The notes under the pieces: generated by a model
Databases searched by the model: none
The model's input: the letters and a program-made list of their open reading frames with translations, nothing else
What the model was told of the DNA's origin: nothing
Assembly (NCBI GenBank): GCA_965221125.1
Contig: CBDCRW010000006.1
Span: 160,001 to 224,000, forward strand
Length of the DNA: 64,000 bases
Reading direction: 5' to 3'
Origin: Alphaproteobacteria bacterium
GTDB taxonomy: Bacteria; Pseudomonadota; Alphaproteobacteria; UBA828
Translations under genes and position numbers: made by a program
In this document: positions 49,901 to 60,300 of the stretch, piece after piece
How the letters are laid out: each line of letters starts with the position of its first letter
How positions within the stretch are numbered: the stretch's first letter is position 1

Positions 49901-50645
49901 GAGGGATTGCGGCTGGGAAATCTCTCCAGAGGACCGTGTTCCGCCACCAGTGGCAACCCTGCACGGCAAGGCCGAGCACCACGCGCTCGCATGGAGGTTC
50001 GATGCCGCTTTGGGCCGATATGTCATCACACTCTCCGCCGTGCCGAGGAAGAACAGAGCCGGAGCAGACGGGAGCGTGCGTCGGCGTCTCATGGGGCGGA
50101 ATTTAGGGGAGGAGGCTTTCCTTGGAATTCTAGTCCCAACTCCGAACGAAGGCGTGGACCGCCGCCTCTTCGACTGCCTGGTGGCCGCGCTCGAAGGGAA
50201 GTTACCGCGTCCTGACGTTAACGCCTCCGCGCATTGGGGGAGGCCGCTCGCCTCGCTCGCCGAGGGCGAGGTGGAGTGGGTCTCCGCCCACAGGGCACGC
50301 GCAGTCGTACCTCGCCCCGGCCGTGAGCGGCAGCAGATAATATCCCTAAATTCCAGAGAGGGCGGTGTTCGGATCTCCAGTGTTGTCGCCCCTCTGGACG
50401 AACTTCAACATCGCGGCGAATGGGACGGAGCACCGACGTTTGGCCATGTCCGCGCCTGGGCGATGGAAGCTACGAGCGAGCTTACGTTGGGGCATTTGAA
50501 GGTGCGCAAGCGTAACCGTCTCGTCTTCGGTATAGACGTGCTTCACGGGGACTTGCCTCAGAAGTCGCGCAAGCAGCTGATAAACGAAGTTGCATGGCGC
50601 GGCGATGCGTGGGAGGCGGCGCTTACCGGAGCGGACCGAAGGTAG
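46920..50645 (+). CDS. SNF2-like SF2 helicase/ATPase
   Basis: 'LADEVGMGKT', 'IVDEAQ', 'MSATP', 'TDTLKEGVDLH', 'LEQRVGRVDR'. Confidence 0.88.
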   Translation: MRPFTRPVRPQDVGDLIDLTVVGDNESQSMADLQLEGVAAIYNILCQHNFAYLADEVGMGKTYQALGLVALLWNEMPDARVLFISPRQNLQVKWHGDYIRFFASNYRREQGLGDDRAASVLFGEPLHRPVLFHNLRSWTSTIGLSERIAPFVRHTSFTRPVYLTSKDLGDMDDLWEKTSRRLRSCGLFGVEPPRGLTEDNAPLLLNLEFAGAVNARLTREVGERPYFDLVIVDEAQCLRNPCNQTNRVLFAMLKGHVRKWLFMSATPAHGGPEDLPKILNHYPNGGEVLDPDLVHDLPAMQKALQAFLVRRQRSYRAAGPNKMVRKGEYRKHDSKDWGVRDDEMSPLATLATGLVQKGLVNVLRGRSNRYRIGFLSSFESLQTSLNRTLPASVSDSDAQDEQVAGDWHRDQVDTFTEPEAPDTDFIEKLASSFEDRFAMPMPHPKVDSVVDRVAPLAFGADDEKGGAKFLIFTRRVSTVDALCSRLMYRYHRSIEQRIWRCWDTALDWSGKSVRVEDSDGSEDPEAFDADPGESPFRRAMSNKGWLFRYRQTFRASGRNALFFEDGWLRRLCYAGGVDPSEAADEFPEELWAESWTHASRSAGPRQNQYRAERARYLAVQGIRRAPHVFGLDVESAAPWRTAYEAALHEHLDRAEPADDPHYAPELFTQRTLWTEWDDRISDEHLSLPVAMPEGVGAEFNRDKLCDELCRRQVVRTVLGQTFRLTDVLLDLYFANEQAERDADVFPRRFLDWLLSADPGARQVQADCVQWIQHIRLIVDSCLDGAGQSWRVLAREESWPQLYNPLAVIGVVGGSGAHRVATRQFRTPSLPRVIVCTDTLKEGVDLHLFCDRVLHYGVAWTSGDLEQRVGRVDRFFSQIERRLRSEGAPPDVVLGVGYPHVVASLERAQIDRVIERQKRAEQLMDSPLAGTRRESRELVVGAGAPRAAESALEPYARKRNQYPRNGRQVVVVSKRDARKSVEHYCSWYDELTNAVRDCGWEISPEDRVPPPVATLHGKAEHHALAWRFDAALGRYVITLSAVPRKNRAGADGSVRRRLMGRNLGEEAFLGILVPTPNEGVDRRLFDCLVAALEGKLPRPDVNASAHWGRPLASLAEGEVEWVSAHRARAVVPRPGRERQQIISLNSREGGVRISSVVAPLDELQHRGEWDGAPTFGHVRAWAMEATSELTLGHLKVRKRNRLVFGIDVLHGDLPQKSRKQLINEVAWRGDAWEAALTGADRR

Positions 50646-50905
50646 GTAGACGATCATGGTCTATCCGCAAGTCCCAGCTACTGGGCGACACGCACTCTCA
50701 ATTGCTTTCGCTCAGCGTGCCGGCTTGAAATTTCTCATCCAGGTTATCGCGCTATAGGCGATCCCGCATTGGACCACGTCACCGTTGAGCGAGTTGGTTA
50801 TCCCCGTTCCGAGCACCTTGCTTGTGCGGAAAATTATCTGAAATCCTTCCAAAGCATACGACCGGATATGACGCACCTGGTCGCTAGACTGCCGCCATAT
50901 CACCG

Positions 50906-53002
50906 ATGGAGGCAGTCATGCTGAGCGCCTACGAACGCTATCTCATAGCCTTTTACCTATCCAATGCCGCCGCGCGGCTTCACCCGCAGGATCGGGAGGC
51001 GTCCGCTCTGGCCGACTGGATTGGCGACCGGGACCACCGTTCCGCCTACGACCGAAGGAATGACTTGTTCTCCCGCCTGAGCCGCGGCGATCTCGACCTT
51101 GAGGAGCCCATTTCCAAGCGCCAACTGCGCAACCTTCGGCAGGCACTCCGTAACGAGAGCGCGGCCCTGAAGGGAACTAAGCTTGACCGGACCGCACAAC
51201 GCCTCCGGCGGCTTGGAAAGGCCACAGGCCTCGAACCGATCGACATCGACATCCTGGAGGTGCTGCTGCGCTATCAGACGCAGCCTGTCATCGAATCCAT
51301 GGTTGACGACATCTTCGGCCGCGCCAGCAGGCGCGTGGCGCCTCTCAATGTGAGGGGCGCGGCAATTCCCTCTCTTTTGGGAGTATCGCCGGGCGCTGTT
51401 TATCGCCGCCTCGCGCACGGGGCGCCGCTGGTGAGTTCGGGACTTGTCGTCATCGACAGCGATGGCGACATGACGCCCGTGGACCGCTTGCGGCGCCTGA
51501 CCACGGTTCCCGACAGGGCGGGGCTCGACGTGAACCGCCTGCTGCTTGACGCCGCGCCCGGAAGCGAGCTTGAGTGGGCAGACTTCGATCACATTGCTGA
51601 GGGACGCGATCATATCGAACGCCTGATCCGTGGAGCGCTCCAAAGCGGAACGGCGGGGGTGAACGTGCTCCTCTACGGTCCGCCCGGGACTGGCAAGACG
51701 GAGTTCTGCAAGGTGCTGGCGGAGCGGCTCGGCGCCACCCTCTACAGCGTCGGCGAAAGCGACGACGACGGCGACGAGCCCAGCCGCCGCGAGCGCTTGC
51801 AGGACCTCCGCCTCGCCCAGCGGCTTCTCAGGCGGAACCGCGGATCGCTGCTCCTGTTCGACGAAATGGAGGACCTGCTGTCGGAATCCGCCGGCGGCGG
51901 GATGTTCCTGCTCGGGCAGCCGCTCTTCGCAGGCACCCGCGGCGGCAGCTCCAAAGTGTATATGAACCGGCTGCTGGAACGCGCGCCCGCGCCGACGCTC
52001 TGGACGATGAACGACGCCCGTCCGGTCAGCCGCGCGCTGCTGCGGCGCATGATGTTCGCGCTGGAACTTCGCCCGCCGACGGCGGCGGTCAGGGCGCGCA
52101 TCTGGGCCCGGCAGCTCGAGCACCACGGGATCGAGGCCGGACCGGACGAGGCCGACGCCCTCGCGCGGGAGTTCGCCGCGACCCCTGGCGTTGCGGCGGG
52201 CGCCACCGCAGCCGCCCGGATCGGCGGCGGAGGGATCGACACCGTGCGGCGCGGGGTGCGTGGCCTCTCCCGGGTGCTCTCCTGCGAAACGCCACCGCAG
52301 GGAACGCCGCCGCGCTTCGACCCCGCGCTGATCCACGCCGATATCGACCTTGGCGCGCTCGCCGATAGCCTCGTCGCTGGCGGAAACCCGCGCTTCTCCC
52401 TCTGCCTTCAGGGACCGCCCGGCACCGGCAAGAGCGCCTTCGTCCGCTACCTCGCCGAGCGCATGGGGCTGGAAATAATGCAGAAGCGCGCCTCCGACCT
52501 GATGTCGATGTGGGTGGGCGAGACGGAGAAGGAGATCGCCGCCGCCTTCGCCGAGGCACGGGACACCGGCGCCTTCCTGATCTTCGACGAGGCGGATTCT
52601 CTGCTCGCCGACCGCCGTGTCGCGCAGCGGAGCTGGGAAGTGAGCCAAGTGAACGAGATGCTCACCTGGATGGAAAGCCATCCGCTTCCCTTCGCCTGCA
52701 CCACCAACTTCGCCGAGCATCTGGACGCGGCGACCCTGAGGCGCTTCGTCTTCAAGGTCGTGCTCGACTACCTCTCTCCGGAGCAGGTGGAGATGGCGTT
52801 CCGGGGGTATTTCGGGATGGCGTCGCCCGCGCAGGCCGCGGCGCTGACCGCCCTGACGCCGGGCGATTTCGCGGTGGTGCGCAGGAAAGCCGAACTCCTC
52901 GACAGGCTGGGGGAGCCGGACGCGCTGGCGGCCATGCTGAGCGCGGAGTGCGCCGCCAAGCCGGACAGGCCCCGGCCCGTCGGCTTCAGGCCTTCGAAAT
53001 AG
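50906..53002 (+). CDS. Tandem AAA+ ATPase (two AAA modules, SpoVK/Cdc48-like)
   Basis: 'LLYGPPGTGKT...LLFDEMED' and 'LQGPPGTGKS...WVGETEK...IFDEADS...LDAATLRRF'; C-terminal 'RPVGF'. Confidence 0.88.
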   Translation: MEAVMLSAYERYLIAFYLSNAAARLHPQDREASALADWIGDRDHRSAYDRRNDLFSRLSRGDLDLEEPISKRQLRNLRQALRNESAALKGTKLDRTAQRLRRLGKATGLEPIDIDILEVLLRYQTQPVIESMVDDIFGRASRRVAPLNVRGAAIPSLLGVSPGAVYRRLAHGAPLVSSGLVVIDSDGDMTPVDRLRRLTTVPDRAGLDVNRLLLDAAPGSELEWADFDHIAEGRDHIERLIRGALQSGTAGVNVLLYGPPGTGKTEFCKVLAERLGATLYSVGESDDDGDEPSRRERLQDLRLAQRLLRRNRGSLLLFDEMEDLLSESAGGGMFLLGQPLFAGTRGGSSKVYMNRLLERAPAPTLWTMNDARPVSRALLRRMMFALELRPPTAAVRARIWARQLEHHGIEAGPDEADALAREFAATPGVAAGATAAARIGGGGIDTVRRGVRGLSRVLSCETPPQGTPPRFDPALIHADIDLGALADSLVAGGNPRFSLCLQGPPGTGKSAFVRYLAERMGLEIMQKRASDLMSMWVGETEKEIAAAFAEARDTGAFLIFDEADSLLADRRVAQRSWEVSQVNEMLTWMESHPLPFACTTNFAEHLDAATLRRFVFKVVLDYLSPEQVEMAFRGYFGMASPAQAAALTALTPGDFAVVRRKAELLDRLGEPDALAAMLSAECAAKPDRPRPVGFRPSK

Positions 53003-53088
53003 CGGTGCAACCCGCCCCGTCTACCGCGTCTTCCTGCCGCCCGCTAGGTTGGAAGGCGCGGAACCGCGGGGCCGGAAGGAGAAGCCTG

Positions 53089-54078
53089 GTGCGCTACGAA
53101 CGTCTGAAGGACATCGTCACGCTGGCGATCCGCATGCAGGGCCTGCGCGCCGGCATGACCCTCGACGACATCCGGGCGGAATTCGGTGTCAGCCGGCGCA
53201 CTGCCGAGCGTATGCGCGACGGGGTCGAGTGGGCGTTCGGTCCGCTGGAGCTGATCGAGAGCGGCGACAACAGGCGCCACTGGCGGCTCGGCTCCGACGC
53301 ACTGCGCCGCCTCGCCAGGATATCGGCCACCGAGCTGGCGGACCTCGCGGCCGCGGCAGACACCCTGGACGCCACCGGGTTCGGAGAGCGCGCTTCGGCG
53401 CTGCGGGAGCTGGACACCAGGCTGCGGGCCACGCTGCATAGCGACTCGCGGGCCCGCATCGAGACCGACATCGAGTTGCTGGCCCAAGCCGAGGGGCTCG
53501 CCATGCGTCCCGGTCCCAGGCCGCAACTCGACAGGGACCTGCTCGACAGTCTCCGCGAGGCCATCGCGACCTGCCGCATCGTCGAGCTCCGCTATCTGTC
53601 CCAGTCCACGGGCCGGCGCAGCGGCCAGCGGATCGAGCCCTATGGCCTCCTCTACGGCAACCGCGCCTTCCTGGTCGGCCGGACGGACTGGACCGGCGAC
53701 ATGCGGCTGTGGCGGCTCGCGAACATGAGCGAGCCGCGTGTGACCGGCGAGACCTTCATGCGCGACCCGGAATTCGATCTGGAAGCCTTCGCGAAGCGCT
53801 CCTTCGGCACCTTCCAGGAGGAGCCGGTGGATGTGGTGCTACGTTTCTCCGCCCAGGCGAGGCGAGACGCGTCCACGTTCCTCTTCCATCCTGGTCAATC
53901 CATCGAGGAGAACGCCGACGGCACGCTCACCGTCCGCTTCACCGCCGGCGGCATCGACGAGATGTGCTGGCACCTCATCACCTGGGGCGAGAGCGTCACG
54001 GTGGTAGAACCCGACCGCCTCCGCCAACGCCTCGCCGAGATGTGCGCCGCGCTGGCCGCGCATCATGAACCCCAATAG
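53089..54078 (+). CDS. WYL-domain transcriptional regulator (HTH-WYL-WCX)
   Basis: GTG at 53089 after AAGGAGA; HTH 'IRAEFGVSRRTAERM', 'IEPYGLLYG..AFLVG...RLWRL..M', WCX '...WG..V.VVEP..LR'. Confidence 0.88.
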   Translation: MRYERLKDIVTLAIRMQGLRAGMTLDDIRAEFGVSRRTAERMRDGVEWAFGPLELIESGDNRRHWRLGSDALRRLARISATELADLAAAADTLDATGFGERASALRELDTRLRATLHSDSRARIETDIELLAQAEGLAMRPGPRPQLDRDLLDSLREAIATCRIVELRYLSQSTGRRSGQRIEPYGLLYGNRAFLVGRTDWTGDMRLWRLANMSEPRVTGETFMRDPEFDLEAFAKRSFGTFQEEPVDVVLRFSAQARRDASTFLFHPGQSIEENADGTLTVRFTAGGIDEMCWHLITWGESVTVVEPDRLRQRLAEMCAALAAHHEPQ

Positions 54079-54093
54079 CAAGGAGGGCTCACC

Positions 54094-54636
54094 ATAGCCT
54101 GGCAAGGATCCCTGGACGGCCTTTGCGGGCCCTACGCGATCGTCAACGCCTATCATCTGTGCGGTATCGACGAGGACTGGCTGGGCAAGGACATCTTCAA
54201 GATCACGTGTTCGGCGATCAACGACTGGCCAAAGGCACTGTGGAAAGGAACCACGTTCGAGCAGATGAGAACGATGCTCAAGGTCTTCCAGAAAGCGCTG
54301 AAGAAGGCTTACAGGGAAGCGGACTGTGAGTATCCGATCGAAATCGAGTATCCCTTCCGCGGGAACCCGCCGCGCACCGGCAAGAAATTCCGGAAGCGGC
54401 TTCACGAGATATTTTCCCGCGACGAGGTGATCTGCGGAATCGTCGGGATGGAAAAGCCTGCCGCTCACTGGTTCTCCTTCGTCAAGCACAAGGAGGCGCT
54501 GATCGTCTTCGACTCGGCTCCTCCCGGCGACGGTGAAATGCGCCGCATCGGGTTGGACGATCTCCATGTTCGGCGAGGTAGGAAGAAAGAACTGGTTCTT
54601 AACCCCAGAGAGCTGATCGTATTCCGGGAGAAATGA
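54094..54636 (+). CDS. Papain-fold (C39-like) cysteine peptidase-like protein with apparent ATA start
   Basis: Frame open from 54079; AAGGAGG at 54080-54086 then ATA at 54094; 'QGSLDGLCGPYAIVNA' (Cys), 'AHW' (His), 'VFDS' (Asp). Confidence 0.65.
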   Translation: MAWQGSLDGLCGPYAIVNAYHLCGIDEDWLGKDIFKITCSAINDWPKALWKGTTFEQMRTMLKVFQKALKKAYREADCEYPIEIEYPFRGNPPRTGKKFRKRLHEIFSRDEVICGIVGMEKPAAHWFSFVKHKEALIVFDSAPPGDGEMRRIGLDDLHVRRGRKKELVLNPRELIVFREK

Positions 54637-54724
54637 TCATGCCGGCGCTGGCTTGTGCATCGATCGATCGTCTGGCAACTGGAGGCGCCATCGCCGTGAT
54701 GCTGCCGGCACCGGGACGTGTGAC

Positions 54725-57394
54725 GTGAACATCGGGGAATCGCCGCGCCGAACGGTCGTCGCCCACAGCCGGCTCAGGATGCGGGAGCTGCGGCTGGAGG
54801 CGGCTCGGAACCGGTGGCACGGGCTTCAAGTCATGACCTTCGAGCAAGTCGCGGCGCGGCTCGCGGGGGGATTGACACAGCCCGTTGATGACGATGCCCT
54901 TCGGGAAGCAATCGTCGCCGTGCTGCCCGAAACGGATCTGGGGCAGCTCGAGGGGATCAAGGCGCTGCCGGGCATGGTGGGCGCCGCCACCGACACGCTG
55001 CGCAAGGCGTGGCGGGCCGGCCTCGACCTTCAGGCCCGGGCCGGCGAGCATCCGCGCCTCCGCTCCATCGCAAGCCTCGAGAATGCGGTCGTGGCGGCGC
55101 TGCCGCCGTCGATGATGCGTCCCGCCGACCTTGTCGCCGCGGGACTCGCGCGGCTGGATCACGCGGTGGCGCTGTTCGGGCCCATCGAGATCGTCGGCAT
55201 CACCGAGCTGTCGCCGGTCTGGCGGCCCCTTCTCCACGCCATCGCCCGCCGCGTGCCGGTGCGCTGGAACGCGGGCCCCCGCCCGGTGCCCGACTGGCTC
55301 GATGACGAGGTAGTCGAGATCGTGCGCGACGAGTTGAAATCACCGGACATTTCCGCCGTGAGCGCCGCCACGGCCTACCACGAGGCGGTCGAGGCCATGC
55401 GCTGGGCGCGCGACCTGCTCGCGTCAGGCAGGGCGGAGCCCGCCGACATCGCCATCGCTTCGGCCACGCCCGCCGAGTATGACGACCACCTGCTCGCCCT
55501 CCGCCCCGACGCCAATCTCGACTTGCATTTCGTGCACGGCGTCACGGTGACGGCCTGCCGGGAGGGGCAGGCGGCGGCGGCGCTCGCCGACATCCTGCTG
55601 CGCGGCCTCTCCCAGACGCGGATACGACGGCTGAACACGCTGCTGAGGGCACATGCCGGTCCGTTTGCGGACCTGCCGGAGGGCTGGACGCGCATCCTGC
55701 CGGCCGGCGCGCCGCTCTCGTCTCCCGATGCCTGGGCGCGCCTGATCGACGGGTTGAGCGCCACCGACTGGCCGGACGGAGCCGATAGCGGCCCGGCGCT
55801 CGCCGCCATCGTCGGCCTGCTATCCCGTGGCGTCGAGGCCGCCGATGACGCGGGCGAGACGCTGTTGCGCGGGCATGCGCGCGATATCTGGCGCAGGGCG
55901 CTCGCGGAGGGGCCTGCCGCATCGCTCGACCTCACCCTGGAGACTCTCAGGCAGGACGACGGCATCGATCCCTGCGTCTCGGTTTGCTGGATGCCGGCGA
56001 ACGCGCTCGCCGCATCGCCCCGTCGCTTCGTCCGGTTGCTCGGCCTCAACTCCGCACGCTGGCCGCGCGCCATGGTGGAGGACCGCCTCCTCTCCGATCA
56101 TATCGTCCCCACCGCAGAGCTCGATCCGCTGCCCGTCGCCGCCGCCGACCGCCGCGACTTCGCAACCGTCCTGACAACCACGGAGAGCGAGATCGTGCTG
56201 TCCCGCGCCCGGCGCGGCGAGGACGGCCGGCTGCTCGGGCGCAGCACCCTTCTTCTCCAGGTCGAGGCCGCCGAGACCTATGTGCCGCGCAACCGCGTGC
56301 CCGCGCACGCCTTCAGCGAGACCGACCGGCTGACGGCGCGGCCGGACGAGTTCCGTCGCCTGCCCCAGGCGGTGGCCGCGTCTGACTGCTGGGTCGACTG
56401 GCTGCGCGCGGAGATCACGCCGCATGACGGCGCAGTTCGGCCCGACCACCCGGTGATCAGGGCCATCCTCGAGCGCACCCAGTCGGCGAGCTCGCTGCGC
56501 ATGCTCCTGCGCAACCCGCTCGGGTTCGTCTGGCGCTACGGGCTCCGCTGGCGCGCGCCCGAGAGCGGAGAGGATCCACTTGTCCTCGATCCCCTCGCCA
56601 TGGGCGAGCTCGTTCACCAGACCCTCGACCGGGCGCTTCGCACGCTGGATGAGGACGGCGGTCTCGCAGGCGCCTCGGAGAAGCGGATCGGCACGGCCAT
56701 GGACACCGCCGCCACCGAGATCGCGGCATCCTGGGAAGCCGCTCAGGCCGTGCCCCCGCCCGTCATCTGGCGCCGCACGCTCGACGGGGTGCGCGAGCTG
56801 GGCGGCAGGGCACTCGGCTTCTGCGACGCGGAGCTCGTGGACGCGCGCGTCTATGGCGAGGTCCCGTTCGGCGGGTCGGAACCCAAGTTCGACGGTGCGG
56901 TACCGTGGGATGCCGGGGCCGCCGTCGAGATTGCCGGTACCGGGTTCGGCATTGCGGGGTACATCGACCGCCTGGACATCTCCGCCGACGGCGGACGCGC
57001 GCTGGTGCGCGACTACAAGACGGGGCGGGTTCCCAGGGACGACATCGTTCTCGACGGCGGAAAGGAACTGCAGCGCTGCCTCTACGCTTTCGCGGTGCGG
57101 GCTCTGCTGGGCGACGAGGTGTCCATCGCGGCATCGCTCCTCTATCCGCACGAAGAGTTGGACTTGCGGCTCGACGATCCGGACACCGTGCTCGGCACGC
57201 TCACCGGTCACCTGCGGGCGGCGCGCGCCAGCCTCGCCTCCGGGGGTGCGGTCATGGGCGCGGACACGGGCGAGAAGCATGACGACCTCGCATTCGCCCT
57301 TCCGGCCAACGCCGGCGCCGTCTACCGCGTCCGGAAGGAGGCGGCCGCGAACGCACTCCTCGGCGATGCGACCCATGTGTGGGACGCGCCGTGA
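54725..57394 (+). CDS. AddB/RexB-like protein: inactive helicase fold plus C-terminal PD-(D/E)xK nuclease
   Basis: 'SASSL..LL.NP..F', 'GEL.H', 'E.PF', 'GYIDRLD...VRDYKTG', 'Q...YA'; start taken at GTG 54725. Confidence 0.82.
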   Translation: MNIGESPRRTVVAHSRLRMRELRLEAARNRWHGLQVMTFEQVAARLAGGLTQPVDDDALREAIVAVLPETDLGQLEGIKALPGMVGAATDTLRKAWRAGLDLQARAGEHPRLRSIASLENAVVAALPPSMMRPADLVAAGLARLDHAVALFGPIEIVGITELSPVWRPLLHAIARRVPVRWNAGPRPVPDWLDDEVVEIVRDELKSPDISAVSAATAYHEAVEAMRWARDLLASGRAEPADIAIASATPAEYDDHLLALRPDANLDLHFVHGVTVTACREGQAAAALADILLRGLSQTRIRRLNTLLRAHAGPFADLPEGWTRILPAGAPLSSPDAWARLIDGLSATDWPDGADSGPALAAIVGLLSRGVEAADDAGETLLRGHARDIWRRALAEGPAASLDLTLETLRQDDGIDPCVSVCWMPANALAASPRRFVRLLGLNSARWPRAMVEDRLLSDHIVPTAELDPLPVAAADRRDFATVLTTTESEIVLSRARRGEDGRLLGRSTLLLQVEAAETYVPRNRVPAHAFSETDRLTARPDEFRRLPQAVAASDCWVDWLRAEITPHDGAVRPDHPVIRAILERTQSASSLRMLLRNPLGFVWRYGLRWRAPESGEDPLVLDPLAMGELVHQTLDRALRTLDEDGGLAGASEKRIGTAMDTAATEIAASWEAAQAVPPPVIWRRTLDGVRELGGRALGFCDAELVDARVYGEVPFGGSEPKFDGAVPWDAGAAVEIAGTGFGIAGYIDRLDISADGGRALVRDYKTGRVPRDDIVLDGGKELQRCLYAFAVRALLGDEVSIAASLLYPHEELDLRLDDPDTVLGTLTGHLRAARASLASGGAVMGADTGEKHDDLAFALPANAGAVYRVRKEAAANALLGDATHVWDAP

Positions 57395-60300
57395 TGGCGA
57401 ACGGGCGACTTGCACTCTCCGACGATGCCGCGCGGCGCGAGGCTGTCACGGTCCGCGACCGCTCTCTCCTTGTCGAGGCCGGCGCGGGATCGGGCAAGAC
57501 AGCGGTTCTGGCGGGCCGGATCGCGATGCTGCTGGCCGCTGGCGTCGCCCCCAAGTCCATTGCCGCCGTGACGTTCACCGAGTTCGCCGCGAGCGAGCTG
57601 CTCATTCGGGTGCGCGCCTTCGTGAGCGCGCTTGCGGCCGGCGACATTCCGGTCGAGCTTCGCTCCGCCCTGCCGGACGGTCTGTCGGAAGAGCAGCGCC
57701 GCAACCTCGCCCAGGCGGACGCGGCGCTCGACGAGATGACCTGCTCGACCATCCACGGCTTCTGCCAGCGGCTCATCACGCCCTATCCGGTCGAGGCCGA
57801 CATCGACCCCGGCGCCTCCGTGATGGACCGCGACCAGGCGGAGCTCGCCTTCGCCGAGATCGTCGACAATTGGCTGCGGGAAGAACTCGCCAGTGAGGAA
57901 GGCGGCCTACTGGCTGAGCTGGTTCTGCACGATCCCGACGCGACCATCGCGCTGATCCGCACCGTCCTCGAGCATCTCCGCCGGCATCGGGAGTTCGCCC
58001 CCTACGAGCTCCAGGACCTCGATCGGCTGGCTGCCGGGTTCCGGGATGCGGCGGACGGTTTCGCCACGTTCCTGGACGAGGCGGAGGCAGAGGAACCTGA
58101 AACCGTCGCCATCGCCGGCCACTTCCAGGAACTGGCCGGGGAGGTTGCCGCCGCGCTCCCGGTCGATACGCCCGCCGCGCTCGTCGCGCTGTTGGTGATG
58201 GCGCCCCACCCCGATCTATGCACCGGATCGGGCGCTTTCCGAGCCTATCAGAAAAAGGGGAAGTGGGTAGCCGCCGCAAGGCCCGCGGGTCTGGCCAAGG
58301 CCGATGCGGAGAGGCTGAACGACGCGGCCAGCGCTCATTACGCCCTTTGCCGCTCGACTTGGTCGGTTTTGCAGCAGGCCGTTGCCACCCATGTGCTCGC
58401 CGGTCTCGTGCCGCTGGTCGAGCCCGTCATGGACCTATTCCGCGAGCACAAGCGCGCCGCCGCGCTGCTCGATTTCGACGACCTGATATTCTCGGCGCGC
58501 GATCTGCTGCGCGACCATGACGACGTGCGCCGCGCGCTCTCCGCGCGATTCCGCCACGTCTTGGTCGATGAGTTCCAGGACACCGACCCGCTTCAGACGG
58601 AGATATTCTGGCGCCTCTGCGGAGATCCGCCGGGAGACGGCGATTCTGACGACTGGACGGCGTTCGCGCTTCGGCCGGGCGCGCTGTTCCTGGTCGGCGA
58701 CCCCAAGCAGGCGATATACCGCTTCCGCGGCGCCGACATCGCGGCCTATGTCCGGGCGCGCGAGGCGTTCCGCGCCGGGGCCGCGGACGCCGTGCTCTCG
58801 ATCGCCACCAACTTCCGCTCCCGCGCGCCGATCATGGAATACGTGAACGCGCGTTTCGAGACTGCGCTGTCCGAGGAGAAGGGCCAGCCCGGATTCCAGG
58901 CCCTCGACCCTTTCCGGCCGCCGCGGGACGGGGGACCCTCGGTCGCCGCCCTGGATGTTGCGGTGGCCGACGAGGACGGCAAGGCCAACGCGCAGCAACA
59001 GCGCGACGGAGAGGCCGAGGCCGTCGCCGAGTTGTGCGTGCGCCTGATTGGCAGCGAGCCGGTCCCCGACCCCGCGAACGGCGGGCTACGCCCGTGCCGG
59101 GCCGGAGACATCGCCCTGCTGGCGCCGACCGGGAACGACCTCTGGCGCTACGAGGAAGCGCTGGAAGAGCGCGGCATCCCCGTCGCCACCCAGGCGGGCA
59201 AGGGCCTGTACAGGCGCCAGGAGATCCAGGACCTCATCGCGGTCACCCGGGTCCTGGCCGACCGGCGCGATACGCTCGCGCTCGGCGCGCTGCTTCGCGG
59301 GCCGCTGGTGGGGCTGACCGAGGAGGAGCTCCTCGACATCGTCTGGTCGCTGCCGCGCGAGGACGACGCGCCCAACGATCTGCCGCGGCTCGATCTGGGT
59401 GTCGCGCCGGATGCGATCGCGAACCCTCTCGCGCGGGATATCGTCGGGAAGCTTCAGGTGCTGCAACGCGGTGCGAATGCGACCACGCCGCATGGGCTTC
59501 TCTCCCAGGCCGTCGACGTGCTCCGGGTCCGCCCCATCCTGCTCCGGCGCCATCGCGGCCAGGCAGAGCGCGCGTTGGCCAATGTCGATCTCTATCTCGG
59601 CTTCAGCCGGGCCTATGCGGTGCGGGGGCTGCGCGCATTCGCCGAGACGATGACGGCCGCGTGGAGCGACGAGGCCCGCGCCGTGGAAGGCCGGCCGGAT
59701 GCCCAGGAGGAGGCGGTGGCGCTCTACACCATGCACGCGGCCAAGGGGCTGGAGTGGCCCATCGTCGTGCCGATCAACACCATGACGCGGGTGATGGCGG
59801 CGGAGAGCGCCGTCACCGATCGCGCGACCGGGCGTTTCCATTGCCGCGTCTTCGGCGTCGAGCCCACCGGATACGAGGCGGCCCGCAAAGACGAAAGGGC
59901 CGAGCTCGACCGCGAGCGCGTTCGCCTCTGGTATGTTGCCAACACGCGGGCACGGGAACTCCTGGTTCTGCCCCGGCTCGATGTCGATGCCGCCCGCACG
60001 GCTTGGCTCTCCGTCGTCGATCTGGATTTGCCAAGGCTGCCGGCGCTCGATCTCGACCGTCTGCCGGCGGAAGTGGGTACAGGCGAGCCGGTGACGGAGA
60101 ACGAGCAGACGCGCGAGGTATTCGCCGCCGAGGCGGCAGCGATCGCGGAGCGTACGCGCATCATCGTCTGGCGGACGCCCAGCCGGGACGAGGGCGCGGC
60201 CCATCCGGTGCCGATGGAGGAAACGCCCACGATCCTCGTCACGGACGGCGACGGCGCCCCAGCCGATGGCGCTGGCGCAACCCCAATCCAGGGCGGGCGC

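Noticed and set aside
50855-50885. Possible WYL-regulator operator (CGACCGG...CCTGGTCG around TGACGCA)
   Set aside because: Imperfect single palindrome; cannot be distinguished from chance without comparative data
52510-54078. 522-aa WYL ORF
   Set aside because: The first 193 codons overlap the AAA gene and look non-coding; the real start is GTG 53089 with an RBS
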